Origin: Chromatiales bacterium | GTDB taxonomy: Bacteria > Pseudomonadota > Gammaproteobacteria > Chromatiales > Chromatiaceae | Direction of reading: 5' to 3' | DNA length: 64,000 nt | Assembly: GCA_024762475.1 (NCBI GenBank) | Contig: JANTHJ010000001.1 | Coordinates: 24,510-88,509 of the forward strand | In this document: in pieces, positions 19,922 through 29,065 of the stretch | Position numbering within the stretch: the first letter of the stretch is position 1 | Layout: each line of letters opens with the position of its first letter | Notes under the pieces: model-generated | Databases searched by the model: none | What the model was told of the DNA's origin: nothing | The model's input: the letters and a program-made list of their open reading frames with translations, nothing else | Made by a program: the position numbers and the translations under genes

Positions 19922-19952
19922 AAAAGGCCCGGCAATTGCCGGGCCTTTTTTT
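19922..19952. terminator. Bidirectional rho-independent terminator
   Basis: aaaaggcccggcaattgccgggcctttttt, a perfect palindrome after soxA. Confidence 0.92.
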
Positions 19953-19974
19953 GTTTCATTGAGCGTGAAAACTG

Positions 19975-20958
19975 TCAGATAGCGATAGTGCTCTCTTCCG
20001 TCTTTTCCTCTTCGCCCTCCAGTGCCGCGAGTTCGTCCTGATCGAACAGCCCCCCGAGATCTTCCTCGAGCGGGTCCTCGGCCAGCAGCTCATCGATGGC
20101 CTCGGGCGCTATTGCTGCCAGCTCGTCCGTGGTTGGTTCATCAACTGCTGGCACCAAGAGGGCATCCTCTGTCCCGGGTTCATCCTCAGTCGTGGGCTCA
20201 TCTTCGGGCTTGGTCATATCTTCCGCCCGAGCCGAATCCTGCGCAGGCGGTGGTTCGACAGCCTGCTCACTGATGTCCAATGCCTGCTCGTCCAGCTCCA
20301 CCGGCGGCCTTTCCGGCAGGGTGCTGTTTGCCTCGAGAGCCTGCTCCTCCGCCTGAGTTGGCCCGGCGCCGACAGGCTCGGCCGCTGCGACCGCCGCTTC
20401 ATCACCAGCTCCGGTATCCGGTGACACGGCGCTGGGAGCACCCCCGGCGAACATGCTGGAGTACTCACTCAGCATCCGGCTCATGGTCTCCATGGTGACG
20501 GTCAGCTCCTCGGACAGTCGCTGGTTCTCCTGGCGAAGCGCCTCCAGCTCTCCCGGATCTACCTCGCCCCCGCCAGTGGCCATTGCACCACCGCTGAGCC
20601 CCAGATAAGGCGCCGTCGCCGCCTCCACTGTCAGATGAAACTGCGCCGCATCTCCGGACTCCCTGTCGCGATAGACCTTGGCGAACCGCTGCAACAGTGC
20701 CAACTCTTCGCGCAGAATCGCCACCCGCGTCCTGTCGCGTTCGCCACCCTCGAGCCCCATGCGCGCTGCGAGGAACTGGTCGATGGCCGCCTCCCGCTCA
20801 GGCCGCCCCTTGCGGACCGTCTCCACCAGGCGCTTGACCGCCTGCCGATCCCTGCGTCCGGCCGCACTGTGGCGAAGCCAATAGATCAACAGCAAGACGA
20901 AGACGACCAGCAGCGCCTCACCACCGGTCACCGCCAACCAGAACAGCGCATCGCTCAT
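19975..20958 (-). CDS. Membrane-anchored hypothetical protein with coiled coil and acidic tail
   Basis: N-terminal TM; LEALRQENQRLSEEL coiled coil; D/E-rich C-terminus; ATGA overlap with the vWA gene. Confidence 0.8.
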   Translation of the reverse strand: MSDALFWLAVTGGEALLVVFVLLLIYWLRHSAAGRRDRQAVKRLVETVRKGRPEREAAIDQFLAARMGLEGGERDRTRVAILREELALLQRFAKVYRDRESGDAAQFHLTVEAATAPYLGLSGGAMATGGGEVDPGELEALRQENQRLSEELTVTMETMSRMLSEYSSMFAGGAPSAVSPDTGAGDEAAVAAAEPVGAGPTQAEEQALEANSTLPERPPVELDEQALDISEQAVEPPPAQDSARAEDMTKPEDEPTTEDEPGTEDALLVPAVDEPTTDELAAIAPEAIDELLAEDPLEEDLGGLFDQDELAALEGEEEKTEESTIAI

Positions 20959-22826
20959 GCGGCCTCCCCCTTGCTCAGGTCGAGGGTTTCGTCGCCGGCC
21001 GGGCTGTCCGCCTCGCTGGTTTCGACATCGCTGTCCACCTCCCCGTCCAGCTCGGCCTCCACCGCCTCGATCTCATCGGCGAGATCCGGCTCATCACCAC
21101 CCTTACGGCGACGCAGGAACCACCAGACCCCCAAACCACCGCCGATCAACAGCAGATTGCCGAGACCCACGATCAGCGCGGGCATCAGCCAGCCTTCTTC
21201 CTCGGCCGGCGCTTCGGATACCGGCTCTTCCTTTTCAGGCTCGGCAGGCTCAGCTGGCGCGGCGGTCTGGCTCGTTTTTTCCGCGACCCTGGGCCCGGGG
21301 TCCTTCGCCGGCTGGGGAGCCTCGACGCCCGGGGGATAGACGGGGCCGTAATCCCGCGCAACCAGGTTGCCGAGTCGGCTCTTGCCTTCGACCTTGAAAT
21401 AGACAGGCCGTCCCGGCTCGATCAAGCGATATTTTCCTTCGTTGGATGCAAGCACCTTTCGCTGCTGCTTGTCATCCTGTTGCCATACCGTGAGGCCGGC
21501 CCCATCGGCCAACACAGCGGTATCGGCTTCCACCTGCACCGCCTTGCCGTCGTCCACGAATTGAAGGGCCGCCGGTTCATGCACCCTTACCCGATAGCGC
21601 TTTTCGCGCATGAAGGTCGGGCTGTCGACGCTGAACAGCAATTCCACCTCATCGAAAGGCCGATCCTCGCGATAGCGCACGGAGTAGCGGCCATCGCCCG
21701 CCTTGGCGTCTCCTTCCTTGCCCTCGTCGTTCAGCCCCAGTGGGTCACTCCCCGCCTCGGTGATCGCATCGGCGCGCACATCCAGCAGCCGCAGGAAGGC
21801 CTTGCGATCGACCACCTTGCCCTTGTTGCTCAGGTGCGCACTCAGCGGGAGACCCTCCCCCACCGACAGATGAGCCGGCACCTCGGAGGTGCGCAGCTTG
21901 AGGTCGGTGACGATCATCACCCGGTTGTCGGGATCGACGTCCGCCTGCAGGGTCCACTGACCCCGCATCGGGGAACCAATGGTGATCAGGTCGTAGCCCT
22001 GATCGCGATACCAGGCCACCCCGGCAACCAGGTCACTATCGGTGTACTTCTCGCCCTTGGGCGAGATCAGGACCGGCGGCTGGGAATCCTTCTTGCGGAA
22101 CAACAGCAGCGTGGCCTCCTTCACGCTCGCGTCCACGGCAAACTGATTGCCCTTCAGGGGCACTCCCTCCGGCTTGCCCACCTGCTCGAACACCTTGAGG
22201 AATACCCGACTGAGCTGGTCGGCGTTGTCCACCTGCTGGTACCAGCCGCCGGTCTCCGCCGAGAGTTTCTTCATCAGCTCATGGTCGGCACGCGCCGACA
22301 GCGCAATGGTATGTACCTGGATACCGCGCGCCTTCAGTGCGGGCAGCAACTCGTCGATGATGCGTTGTCGCGAGGCCGCACTCTCCCCTGCCTTCTTGGA
22401 GACGTCCACCATGCCGTCGGTGAGCAGCACCAAATGGCGGTTGTAGTCGCTCGGCGGGCCCGAGATACCCCTGGTGGCATCGCGGATCACCCGCTCGATG
22501 TCGGTGAACATGCCCGGTGAGCGAATCTGTTTGGAGGCCGCCAGGGCCTTCTTCTTCCAGGCCTTGTTCACCTCGCCCAGCGGCACCAGGGGATTGGTCC
22601 ACTTGGCGAAGGTCCAGACTCCGGCCCGGGTGCCCGGCTGCAGCAGCCCGACCAGCATGCGCAGTGCCGGGCGTCTCAGGTTCTGCGGGTCGTTGCCACG
22701 CATGCTGCCGGAGATATCGATCAGCACCCGCACGTCGTTCTTCTCGGGCCTGTCGGCCGCAAGCGCCCCGGTCAGCCAGAGCAGGCCCAGTCCCAGCAAG
22801 ATCCAACGGTTCCAGCGCAGCACCAT
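20955..22826 (-). CDS. Secreted/membrane vWA domain protein (TIGR03503-like)
   Basis: Signal peptide; MIDAS DISGS; LLTDG; LNDEGKEGDAKAGDGRYS (choice-of-anchor-X-like); C-terminal TM and acidic tail. Confidence 0.85.
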   Translation of the reverse strand: MVLRWNRWILLGLGLLWLTGALAADRPEKNDVRVLIDISGSMRGNDPQNLRRPALRMLVGLLQPGTRAGVWTFAKWTNPLVPLGEVNKAWKKKALAASKQIRSPGMFTDIERVIRDATRGISGPPSDYNRHLVLLTDGMVDVSKKAGESAASRQRIIDELLPALKARGIQVHTIALSARADHELMKKLSAETGGWYQQVDNADQLSRVFLKVFEQVGKPEGVPLKGNQFAVDASVKEATLLLFRKKDSQPPVLISPKGEKYTDSDLVAGVAWYRDQGYDLITIGSPMRGQWTLQADVDPDNRVMIVTDLKLRTSEVPAHLSVGEGLPLSAHLSNKGKVVDRKAFLRLLDVRADAITEAGSDPLGLNDEGKEGDAKAGDGRYSVRYREDRPFDEVELLFSVDSPTFMREKRYRVRVHEPAALQFVDDGKAVQVEADTAVLADGAGLTVWQQDDKQQRKVLASNEGKYRLIEPGRPVYFKVEGKSRLGNLVARDYGPVYPPGVEAPQPAKDPGPRVAEKTSQTAAPAEPAEPEKEEPVSEAPAEEEGWLMPALIVGLGNLLLIGGGLGVWWFLRRRKGGDEPDLADEIEAVEAELDGEVDSDVETSEADSPAGDETLDLSKGEAA

Positions 22827-22908
22827 GATTAATTAGTCTCCCGCAGGCACGGATTGCCCACAAAACGCGATATCAGCGTTCTTAGCGGCCTGGCGGGATC
22901 AAACTTGA

Positions 22909-23078
22909 GGAACGGTGGGAGTAGTAGCGAAGCCCTGATAAAAGCCGTCCTTGGCTTTATCAGGGTACGCTGCGCCGCAAACGCGGTTTGCGGCTAGCTT
23001 CGAAATCAATCGCTTGCAGCGATCGATTTTGGCGGCCCTTCCCTGGACCGCGAAAGGTCTGAATTCTTCAGACCTTCC
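22909..23078. mobile_element. MITE-like element with an IS5-type end
   Basis: Right end TTCAGACCTTCC followed by TTAG; four internal hairpins (22933-22965, 22974-22994, ~23003-23029, 23052-23078); left end GGAACGGTG is degenerate. Confidence 0.55.
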
Positions 23079-23996
23079 TTAGTAAGGATTGTCCTGCCCG
23101 GGCAGGACCGGGGCGAAACGCCGATAGGCCCATTGGTATTGGGCAGGGTCGGCGGCGATGCAACGCTCTATATGCCGGTTCAGCGCCGTTGCTGCCTCGA
23201 CCGGATCGGTACTGGCGATATCCTTGTCCGCGAGAAAATGCTCCATGCGGTATTGACCGTCGGCCAGTCTCCTCGCCCAGACGAAAAGTACCGGGGCGCC
23301 ATAGCGCGCCGCCAGCCGCCCCAACAACACCATGGTGGCGCACTCCCGGCCGAAGAATGGGGCTACCGCCGCGGCTGCGCCGGCCGACTTGGGCACCTGG
23401 TCGGGCAATATGGCGACCACCTCGCCGGTCTTTAGCGCCCGGTTGAGCGCTATGATCCCGGCGCGCGAGGTGGGGACCATACGGATACGCGCGATGCTGC
23501 GCCCCTGGTTCATCAGGGACTCGATAAAGCGTTGTCGCGGTGGCCGGTAGAGCCCGGTGATCGGCAGTGCCTGATCGATGCCGCTGGAGACCATTTCCCA
23601 ATTGCCATGATGCGGCATGGCCAGGATCAGGCCCTTGCCTTCGGCCACCAGCGCCCGCATGGCCTCGGGCAGGCCGTTCGGATCCACCCGTGCCGACAAA
23701 TCCTCCTGCGACAGCCAGATACGTGGCATCTCGCAGAAGGTGATGGCACTCTCGATCAGGGCCTGCCTGGCCAGTGCCGCGCGCTGCATCTCATCCACCC
23801 CCGGATAGGCGATGGCCAGATTGGCGCACACGTTCCTCGCCTCGCGCCCGTTGAGCCGGAACATGGCGACCCCGATGGTCCGGCCCAACCGATGCAGGAC
23901 TCCCCAGGGAAACCGGGCGAGCAGGCGCAGGCCACCTCGGGCAAGCCGGCTCTGAATCGAGTCTTTTCTCGCCCTTGCGGGCTCCATTTCTGCCAT
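23079..23996 (-). CDS. Lipid A/lysophospholipid acyltransferase (LpxL/HtrB family)
   Basis: PHHGNWE (HxxxxE), ILPDQ, PFFG, PAQYQWAYRRF. Confidence 0.9.
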   Translation of the reverse strand: MAEMEPARARKDSIQSRLARGGLRLLARFPWGVLHRLGRTIGVAMFRLNGREARNVCANLAIAYPGVDEMQRAALARQALIESAITFCEMPRIWLSQEDLSARVDPNGLPEAMRALVAEGKGLILAMPHHGNWEMVSSGIDQALPITGLYRPPRQRFIESLMNQGRSIARIRMVPTSRAGIIALNRALKTGEVVAILPDQVPKSAGAAAAVAPFFGRECATMVLLGRLAARYGAPVLFVWARRLADGQYRMEHFLADKDIASTDPVEAATALNRHIERCIAADPAQYQWAYRRFAPVLPGQDNPY

Positions 23997-24049
23997 TCTT
24001 GATCTATAACAAAGCCTGGAACGAATCAGCCAACCGAGAGAATGCACCG

Positions 24050-24481
24050 ATGAACGATCAGAACGAGCCGACCGCCCTCTCCCCCAAACAGACCTGGGAA
24101 CTGATGCACCACGACAGCCGGGCTGTGCTCGTGGACATCCGCTCGACCATGGAGTACCTGTTCGTTGGGCACCCCAAGGGAGCGGTGCATGTCCCCTGGA
24201 TCGATGAACCCGACTGGGAGGTCAATCCACACTTCGTCACCGAGATCCGCAAGCTGCTGCTCGGCGGCGTCGTCTGCGACCATGATAGCGGCTGCGCGCC
24301 GGTGATTCTCATCTGCCGCAGCGGCAAACGGTCACTGGAGGCGGGCAAGGCGCTGATCGAGGCCGGCGTCAAGAACGTCATGCACGTGGATGAAGGCTTC
24401 GAGGGTGACCTGGACGAGGAGCATCACCGGGGCAGCCTCGGCGGCTGGCGCTTCCATGACCTGCCGTGGGAGCAATGCTGA
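24050..24481 (+). CDS. Single-domain rhodanese (sulfurtransferase)
   Basis: LVDIR, GHPKGA, active loop CRSGKRS, GFEG, LPWEQ. Confidence 0.93.
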   Translation: MNDQNEPTALSPKQTWELMHHDSRAVLVDIRSTMEYLFVGHPKGAVHVPWIDEPDWEVNPHFVTEIRKLLLGGVVCDHDSGCAPVILICRSGKRSLEAGKALIEAGVKNVMHVDEGFEGDLDEEHHRGSLGGWRFHDLPWEQC

Positions 24482-24532
24482 CCGGCGGACTGTTAGAATC
24501 GGGCGCTCGCTCCAGACAGCCAGTTACGCCGT

Positions 24533-25057
24533 ATGCCCACGCCCGTCATCCATTGCGACGATCCACTCGCCGCGCCCCTCCAATCCCTGCTTGCCCGCTA
24601 TGGCCTGGAGCTCGAACGGGTACCGCCCGACAGCCCTATACCCGGCAGCTTCTGGGGAGACACCGAGGCCGGGCTGATCGCCAACCGGCTCTATGTACGA
24701 CCCGATACCCCGCTGCATTCCGCGCTGCACGAGGCCTGCCATTACGTCTGCATGGATCCACACCGGCGCGAAGGCCTGGATACCGACGCGGGCGGTGACT
24801 ACGACGAAGAGAATGCCGTGTGCTACCTGCAGATCCTGCTCGCCGATCATCTTCCCGGGGTCGGTCGCGAGCGCCTGCAGGCCGACATGGATGCCTGGGG
24901 CTACAGCTTTCGCCTCGGCTCGGCCCGCGCCTGGTTCGAGCAGGATGCCCAGGATGCACTGGCCTGGCTCAGGCGCCATCAAATCGTGGATAATGCCAGC
25001 AACCCGACCTGGGCCCTACGTCAGGATGTAACCGCAGTTCAGCAGGAAGTCCCATGA
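24533..25057 (+). CDS. Hypothetical protein with HExxH motif
   Basis: IPGSFWG...LHEACHY...EENAVCYLQ; overlaps the galU start. Confidence 0.8.
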   Translation: MPTPVIHCDDPLAAPLQSLLARYGLELERVPPDSPIPGSFWGDTEAGLIANRLYVRPDTPLHSALHEACHYVCMDPHRREGLDTDAGGDYDEENAVCYLQILLADHLPGVGRERLQADMDAWGYSFRLGSARAWFEQDAQDALAWLRRHQIVDNASNPTWALRQDVTAVQQEVP

Positions 25058-25881
25058 TCAAGAAATGTCTCTTTCCCGCCGCCGGCTACGGCACCCGTTT
25101 CCTCCCGGCCACCAAGGCCATGCCCAAGGAGGTGATGCCGATCGTCAACAAGCCCCTGATCCAGTACGGCGTCGAGGAGGCCCTGGATGCCGGCATGGAC
25201 AACATCGGCATCGTCACCGGTCGCGGCAAGCGCGCATTGGAAGACCACTTCGATGTGAGCTATGAACTCGAACACCAGATCAACGGCACGCCCAAGGAGG
25301 CGTATCTGGCGGACATCCGTCGTCTGATGGAGGAGTGCACCTTCTCCTACACCCGGCAGAAGGAGATGAAGGGTCTCGGACATGCAATTCTCACCGGGGA
25401 GACCCTGATCGGACGCGAACCCTTCGGGGTCATCCTCGCCGACGACCTCTGTGATGGAGAGGACGACGGCGTCATGACCCAGATGGCGCGCATCTATGCC
25501 AAATATCGTTGCAGCGTGGTGGCCATCGAAGAGGTGCCCATGGAGCAGATCCACAAGTACGGCGTGATCGCCGGGTCGGAGATCGAGGACGGCCTGTACA
25601 TGATCTCCGACATGGTGGAAAAACCCGAACCGGAAGAGGCCCCCTCCAACCATGCGATCATCGGCCGCTATATCCTGACCCCTGACATCTTCGACATCCT
25701 GCGTGAGACGCCGCCCGGTCTCAACGGCGAGATCCAGATCACCGACGCCCTGCTGACCCAGGCCAAGCGCAACATGGTGCTCGCCTACCGGTTCAAGGGG
25801 CGGCGTTTCGACTGTGGCAGCATGGAGGGCTTCGTCGAGGCCACCAACCACTACTACCAGCAACTCAAGGAAAAGGGCTGA
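25054..25881 (+). CDS. galU: UTP-glucose-1-phosphate uridylyltransferase
   Basis: PAAGYGTRFLPATKAMPKE, GLGHA, VEKP, GEIQITDA. Confidence 0.97.
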   Translation: MIKKCLFPAAGYGTRFLPATKAMPKEVMPIVNKPLIQYGVEEALDAGMDNIGIVTGRGKRALEDHFDVSYELEHQINGTPKEAYLADIRRLMEECTFSYTRQKEMKGLGHAILTGETLIGREPFGVILADDLCDGEDDGVMTQMARIYAKYRCSVVAIEEVPMEQIHKYGVIAGSEIEDGLYMISDMVEKPEPEEAPSNHAIIGRYILTPDIFDILRETPPGLNGEIQITDALLTQAKRNMVLAYRFKGRRFDCGSMEGFVEATNHYYQQLKEKG

Positions 25882-25886
25882 CCGGC

Positions 25887-27224
25887 TCAGGCGGTCGTCG
25901 CGCCCAGTAGCCGGAAGAAGGCCGCGGCCTTGTCCAGTCCCTCGCGAAACTCCTCTTCGGCGGCCGAGTCGGCCACGATCCCGCCACCCGCCCAGTAGTA
26001 GAGCTGCCTGTCGCGGTGCAGCAGCGTGCGGATGGCGATATTGCTGTCCAGCGTCCCGTCGTAGCCGAGGCGAAACAGGCTGCCGCAATAGACCTCGCGG
26101 CTGACCGGCTCCAGCTCATCGATTACCTCCATGGCGCGACGCTTGGGCGCGCCGGTGATGGAACCACCGGGAAAACAGGCCTGCAGCAGGTCCACCGCGT
26201 CCTGCCCCGGGGCCAGCTCGCCGCGGATGGTGCTCACCAGATGATGCACGGTGGCAAAGGATTCCACTTCGAACAGCGCCGGCACCTCGATGCTGCCCGG
26301 TTTGCAGACCCGCCCCAGATCGTTGCGCAACAGATCGACGATCATCAGGTTCTCGGCCCGGTCCTTGTCGCTGGCCAGCAGGGCCTGCGCCAGCTCCCTG
26401 TCCGTGACAGGATCGCTGCTGCGTGGCCGGGTCCCCTTGATGGGCCGGGTGAGCACCTGACGTTCCTGCAAATGCAGGAACTGCTCGGGCGAATTGCTGA
26501 GAATCTGGAAATCGCCGAGATCCAGGTAGGCACCATAGGGCGCCGGACTCAGACGGCGCAGTCGACGATAGAGCGGCCAGGGTGATTCGGCGGACGACGC
26601 GCTGAAGCGCCGGGTCAGATTCACCTGGTAGACATCCCCTTCGCGCAGAAAGTGCTGAATCCGCGAGAAGGCCTCTCTATAGGCCGTCCATTCCAGCGTG
26701 GCCTCGATCACCGTGCCCTCTGAGCCTGGGGCCGAGTCGTCTGTACCCTGGCGTTGCGCCGCTGTCCGCAGGCGGGTGCACAGATCATCCCAACGACCGG
26801 CTGAGAGTGCCCCTGCAGATCCAACCAGCTGGGTCCGACGCAATCGATGATCGACGATCAGGGCCCAGTCATAGCGTCCGAAGGCGGCCACCGGCAACTC
26901 CGACTCATGTCCCGGACCGAGTCCCTGCCAGGCGCGCCCCAGTTCGTAACCGAGATAGCCGATCACCCCCCCGGGAAACGGGATCCCCGGCAGGGAGCCA
27001 CTGCCCTCGGCCAACCATTCCCGCAGCACCGGCCCAACCTGGTCGGCCTCGCGAAACGAGAACTGCCGATGAGCCGCCGGGTCCGCCGAGATGATGTCGT
27101 ATCTCGCGTCTCCCCCTAGGTCGCCGCTATCCAGCCACACCGGAAATGGCAGGTCCCTGACCGCTTCGAACCACGCCTCGGTATCTGCCCGATACGGCAG
27201 GGACAGCACCTGCGCTCGGCTCAT
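25887..27224 (-). CDS. pabB: Aminodeoxychorismate synthase component I
   Basis: GDVYQVNL, SPEQF, PIKGT, KDRAENLMIVDLLRND, FPGGSITGAPK, GGGIVADS. Confidence 0.93.
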   Translation of the reverse strand: MSRAQVLSLPYRADTEAWFEAVRDLPFPVWLDSGDLGGDARYDIISADPAAHRQFSFREADQVGPVLREWLAEGSGSLPGIPFPGGVIGYLGYELGRAWQGLGPGHESELPVAAFGRYDWALIVDHRLRRTQLVGSAGALSAGRWDDLCTRLRTAAQRQGTDDSAPGSEGTVIEATLEWTAYREAFSRIQHFLREGDVYQVNLTRRFSASSAESPWPLYRRLRRLSPAPYGAYLDLGDFQILSNSPEQFLHLQERQVLTRPIKGTRPRSSDPVTDRELAQALLASDKDRAENLMIVDLLRNDLGRVCKPGSIEVPALFEVESFATVHHLVSTIRGELAPGQDAVDLLQACFPGGSITGAPKRRAMEVIDELEPVSREVYCGSLFRLGYDGTLDSNIAIRTLLHRDRQLYYWAGGGIVADSAAEEEFREGLDKAAAFFRLLGATTA

Positions 27225-27580
27225 TCGCCCTCCCGGTAACGCCAGCAACCCTCCTCGGGCGCCCCTTCCAGGGCCGATCCCTCTTCGGGGCGCCAACCGG
27301 CGAATCGCTCGATCTCGCGCGCCAGTTCCAGATCCTTGCGCGTGATCCCACCGGCCGAATGGGTGGTCAGTGATACCACCACCTTCCCCCAGCCGATCTC
27401 AACGTCTGGATGATGCCAGGCGGCCTCGGCCAGGTGGGCAATCCCATTGAACAGCAATACCGCCGCCCGCCAGCCGTTGCAACGAAACTCGCGCCTGATT
27501 GCCCCCTGCGCAACTGCCCAGGCAGCCAGGTCGCCCGTCAACGCTGCCTCTACCTCCGATTCCGTAAGACACTCGGACAT
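27221..27580 (-). CDS. Pterin-4a-carbinolamine dehydratase family protein
   Basis: LAEAAWHHPD, THSAGGITRKD; ATGA-coupled to pabB. Confidence 0.88.
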   Translation of the reverse strand: MSECLTESEVEAALTGDLAAWAVAQGAIRREFRCNGWRAAVLLFNGIAHLAEAAWHHPDVEIGWGKVVVSLTTHSAGGITRKDLELAREIERFAGWRPEEGSALEGAPEEGCWRYREGE

Positions 27581-27671
27581 GGTTTCCCCTCCTTTCCCCT
27601 TCGATATGCTGGATGTCGGACGACTCGATTATGCTAGAAACAACCTCATTACAGCGGATTCAGGAGCAGGC

Positions 27672-27968
27672 ATGCATCCCCGACAGAAAAAATTGCAGGA
27701 TCGGATCAAGGCATCGAGCATCCGAGACCCGGAAACCGGCTGTTGGCTATGGAACCGGCAGGTCTCCCACAGCGGTTATGGCAAGATCACCCTGGCCGAT
27801 GAGACCGGCACCTTTACCGAGAGTGCCCACCGGATCAGCTATGTGGCCTTCGTCGGTCGCCTGCGGCGCGACGGTGTCGTGCGGCAGACCTGCGGCAACC
27901 GGCTCTGCGTCAATCCCGACCACCTGGTCAGCATGGATCCGCCACCCGGAGAGCCGGAGAAAACCTGA
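27672..27968 (+). CDS. Stand-alone HNH endonuclease-like protein (catalytic His apparently replaced by Gln)
   Basis: GCWLW, GYG, AHRISY, VRQTCGNRLCVNPDHL; GGAG RBS. Confidence 0.8.
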   Translation: MHPRQKKLQDRIKASSIRDPETGCWLWNRQVSHSGYGKITLADETGTFTESAHRISYVAFVGRLRRDGVVRQTCGNRLCVNPDHLVSMDPPPGEPEKT

Positions 27969-28231
27969 CAGATAAAAGAAAGGCCGCGACGATCCGGGCC
28001 AGACCCCCTTGTGCGATGACCAGGGAGCAACACCTCGGGCAGGCCTTCGGCATCGATAGCGCGACCAGCCGGACCTGCGGTGGCGCCACGCACATCATTG
28101 CGTCTATTGAGAATCCCGTGGTGACTGAGGAATCCCCGCCTGTTGGCAGACCAGGACGGCGGAGATCATAGCCCCGCGGTAGCCGCCGTGCACGGCGCCT
28201 TCCTTATCGATTTGCGTGGTGGCCATTCGAA

Positions 28232-28531
28232 CTATGGCAGACGCATCGGATCGCGCCCACCGGAAGCGGGAATCCCCGGGAGTCTCTTGGGAGCAGTCCC
28301 CAGGGAATCGCGGATACAGTGGCACCATCCCCTGCCGCCAAAGCGCTCCTGGTTGAGGTTGTCGCAGGCGGGAGGATCTCCGACCGAGGGGATGACCAGT
28401 GGCCTGTCGCCAAAGGGGCGGTAGTCGCCCGGCGCATGCAGATGGCAGCTCAAGGACGCGGCCACGCTGGCTGCACTCAGTCCCGCGGCAAGAAGGGCGG
28501 CAGCGCTAACGCGCAGAATGGCGCTGTTCAT
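28232..28531 (-). CDS. Small secreted Cys/His-containing protein
   Basis: Signal peptide MNSAILRVSAAALLAAGLSAASVAA; SCHLH, ACD, WCHC; ATGA overlap with the DUF3299 gene. Confidence 0.65.
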   Translation of the reverse strand: MNSAILRVSAAALLAAGLSAASVAASLSCHLHAPGDYRPFGDRPLVIPSVGDPPACDNLNQERFGGRGWCHCIRDSLGTAPKRLPGIPASGGRDPMRLP

Positions 28532-29055
28532 TCGTACGGGATCACGCTTTCGGCCTGGATCTGATAGCCGGCGGTGGCCAGGTCGCTGGTGAAGGGCTTG
28601 GCGCTCATGGTGCCGGTAACCCACACGGTATCAAAGGCGTGACGTATCCTGGCGTCACCCTTGGGCACCTTGACGTAGACGGTCTGATTGGCCGGAGGCG
28701 GCGGGACATGGATGCAGGCGCCGTAATAGGGAACCAGCAGGAACTCACTGAGTTTTTGCCCGTCGCCCTCCAGCGGCACCACGAAGCCCGGCAGCTTGAC
28801 CCGTTTTCCGTCCAGTTCCTTTACCACCGGCGCCTTCTTCCAGATGGCCTCCAGCTCGTCGAGTAGCTTCTTGGCACGGGGGTCAGTGTCGTCGAGATCC
28901 GCGACATCGGCCCCGTATTTCTCCATGAGCTTTTCGGGATTGGAGCCCTCGGGCAACAGGGCATCCCAATCCAGTTCGACCGGTGGCTTGGCGCTCAACG
29001 CGGTAAGGGGCAGGACACACAGCAGTACAAGGAAGACGTTGAATCTGTGCTTCAT
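28528..29055 (-). CDS. DUF3299 family protein (ZrgD-like)
   Basis: LDWDALLP, VKLPGFVVPL, FLLVPYYGACIHVPPPPANQ. Confidence 0.93.
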   Translation of the reverse strand: MKHRFNVFLVLLCVLPLTALSAKPPVELDWDALLPEGSNPEKLMEKYGADVADLDDTDPRAKKLLDELEAIWKKAPVVKELDGKRVKLPGFVVPLEGDGQKLSEFLLVPYYGACIHVPPPPANQTVYVKVPKGDARIRHAFDTVWVTGTMSAKPFTSDLATAGYQIQAESVIPYE

Positions 29056-29065
29056 GAAAGGTTCT

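Noticed and set aside
27221-27580. PCD-like protein as a RuBisCO assembly factor (acRAF/Raf2 type)
   Set aside because: The HHP catalytic motif is intact and the gene is coupled to pabB, with no cbb or carboxysome genes nearby; a pterin-related role is more parsimonious
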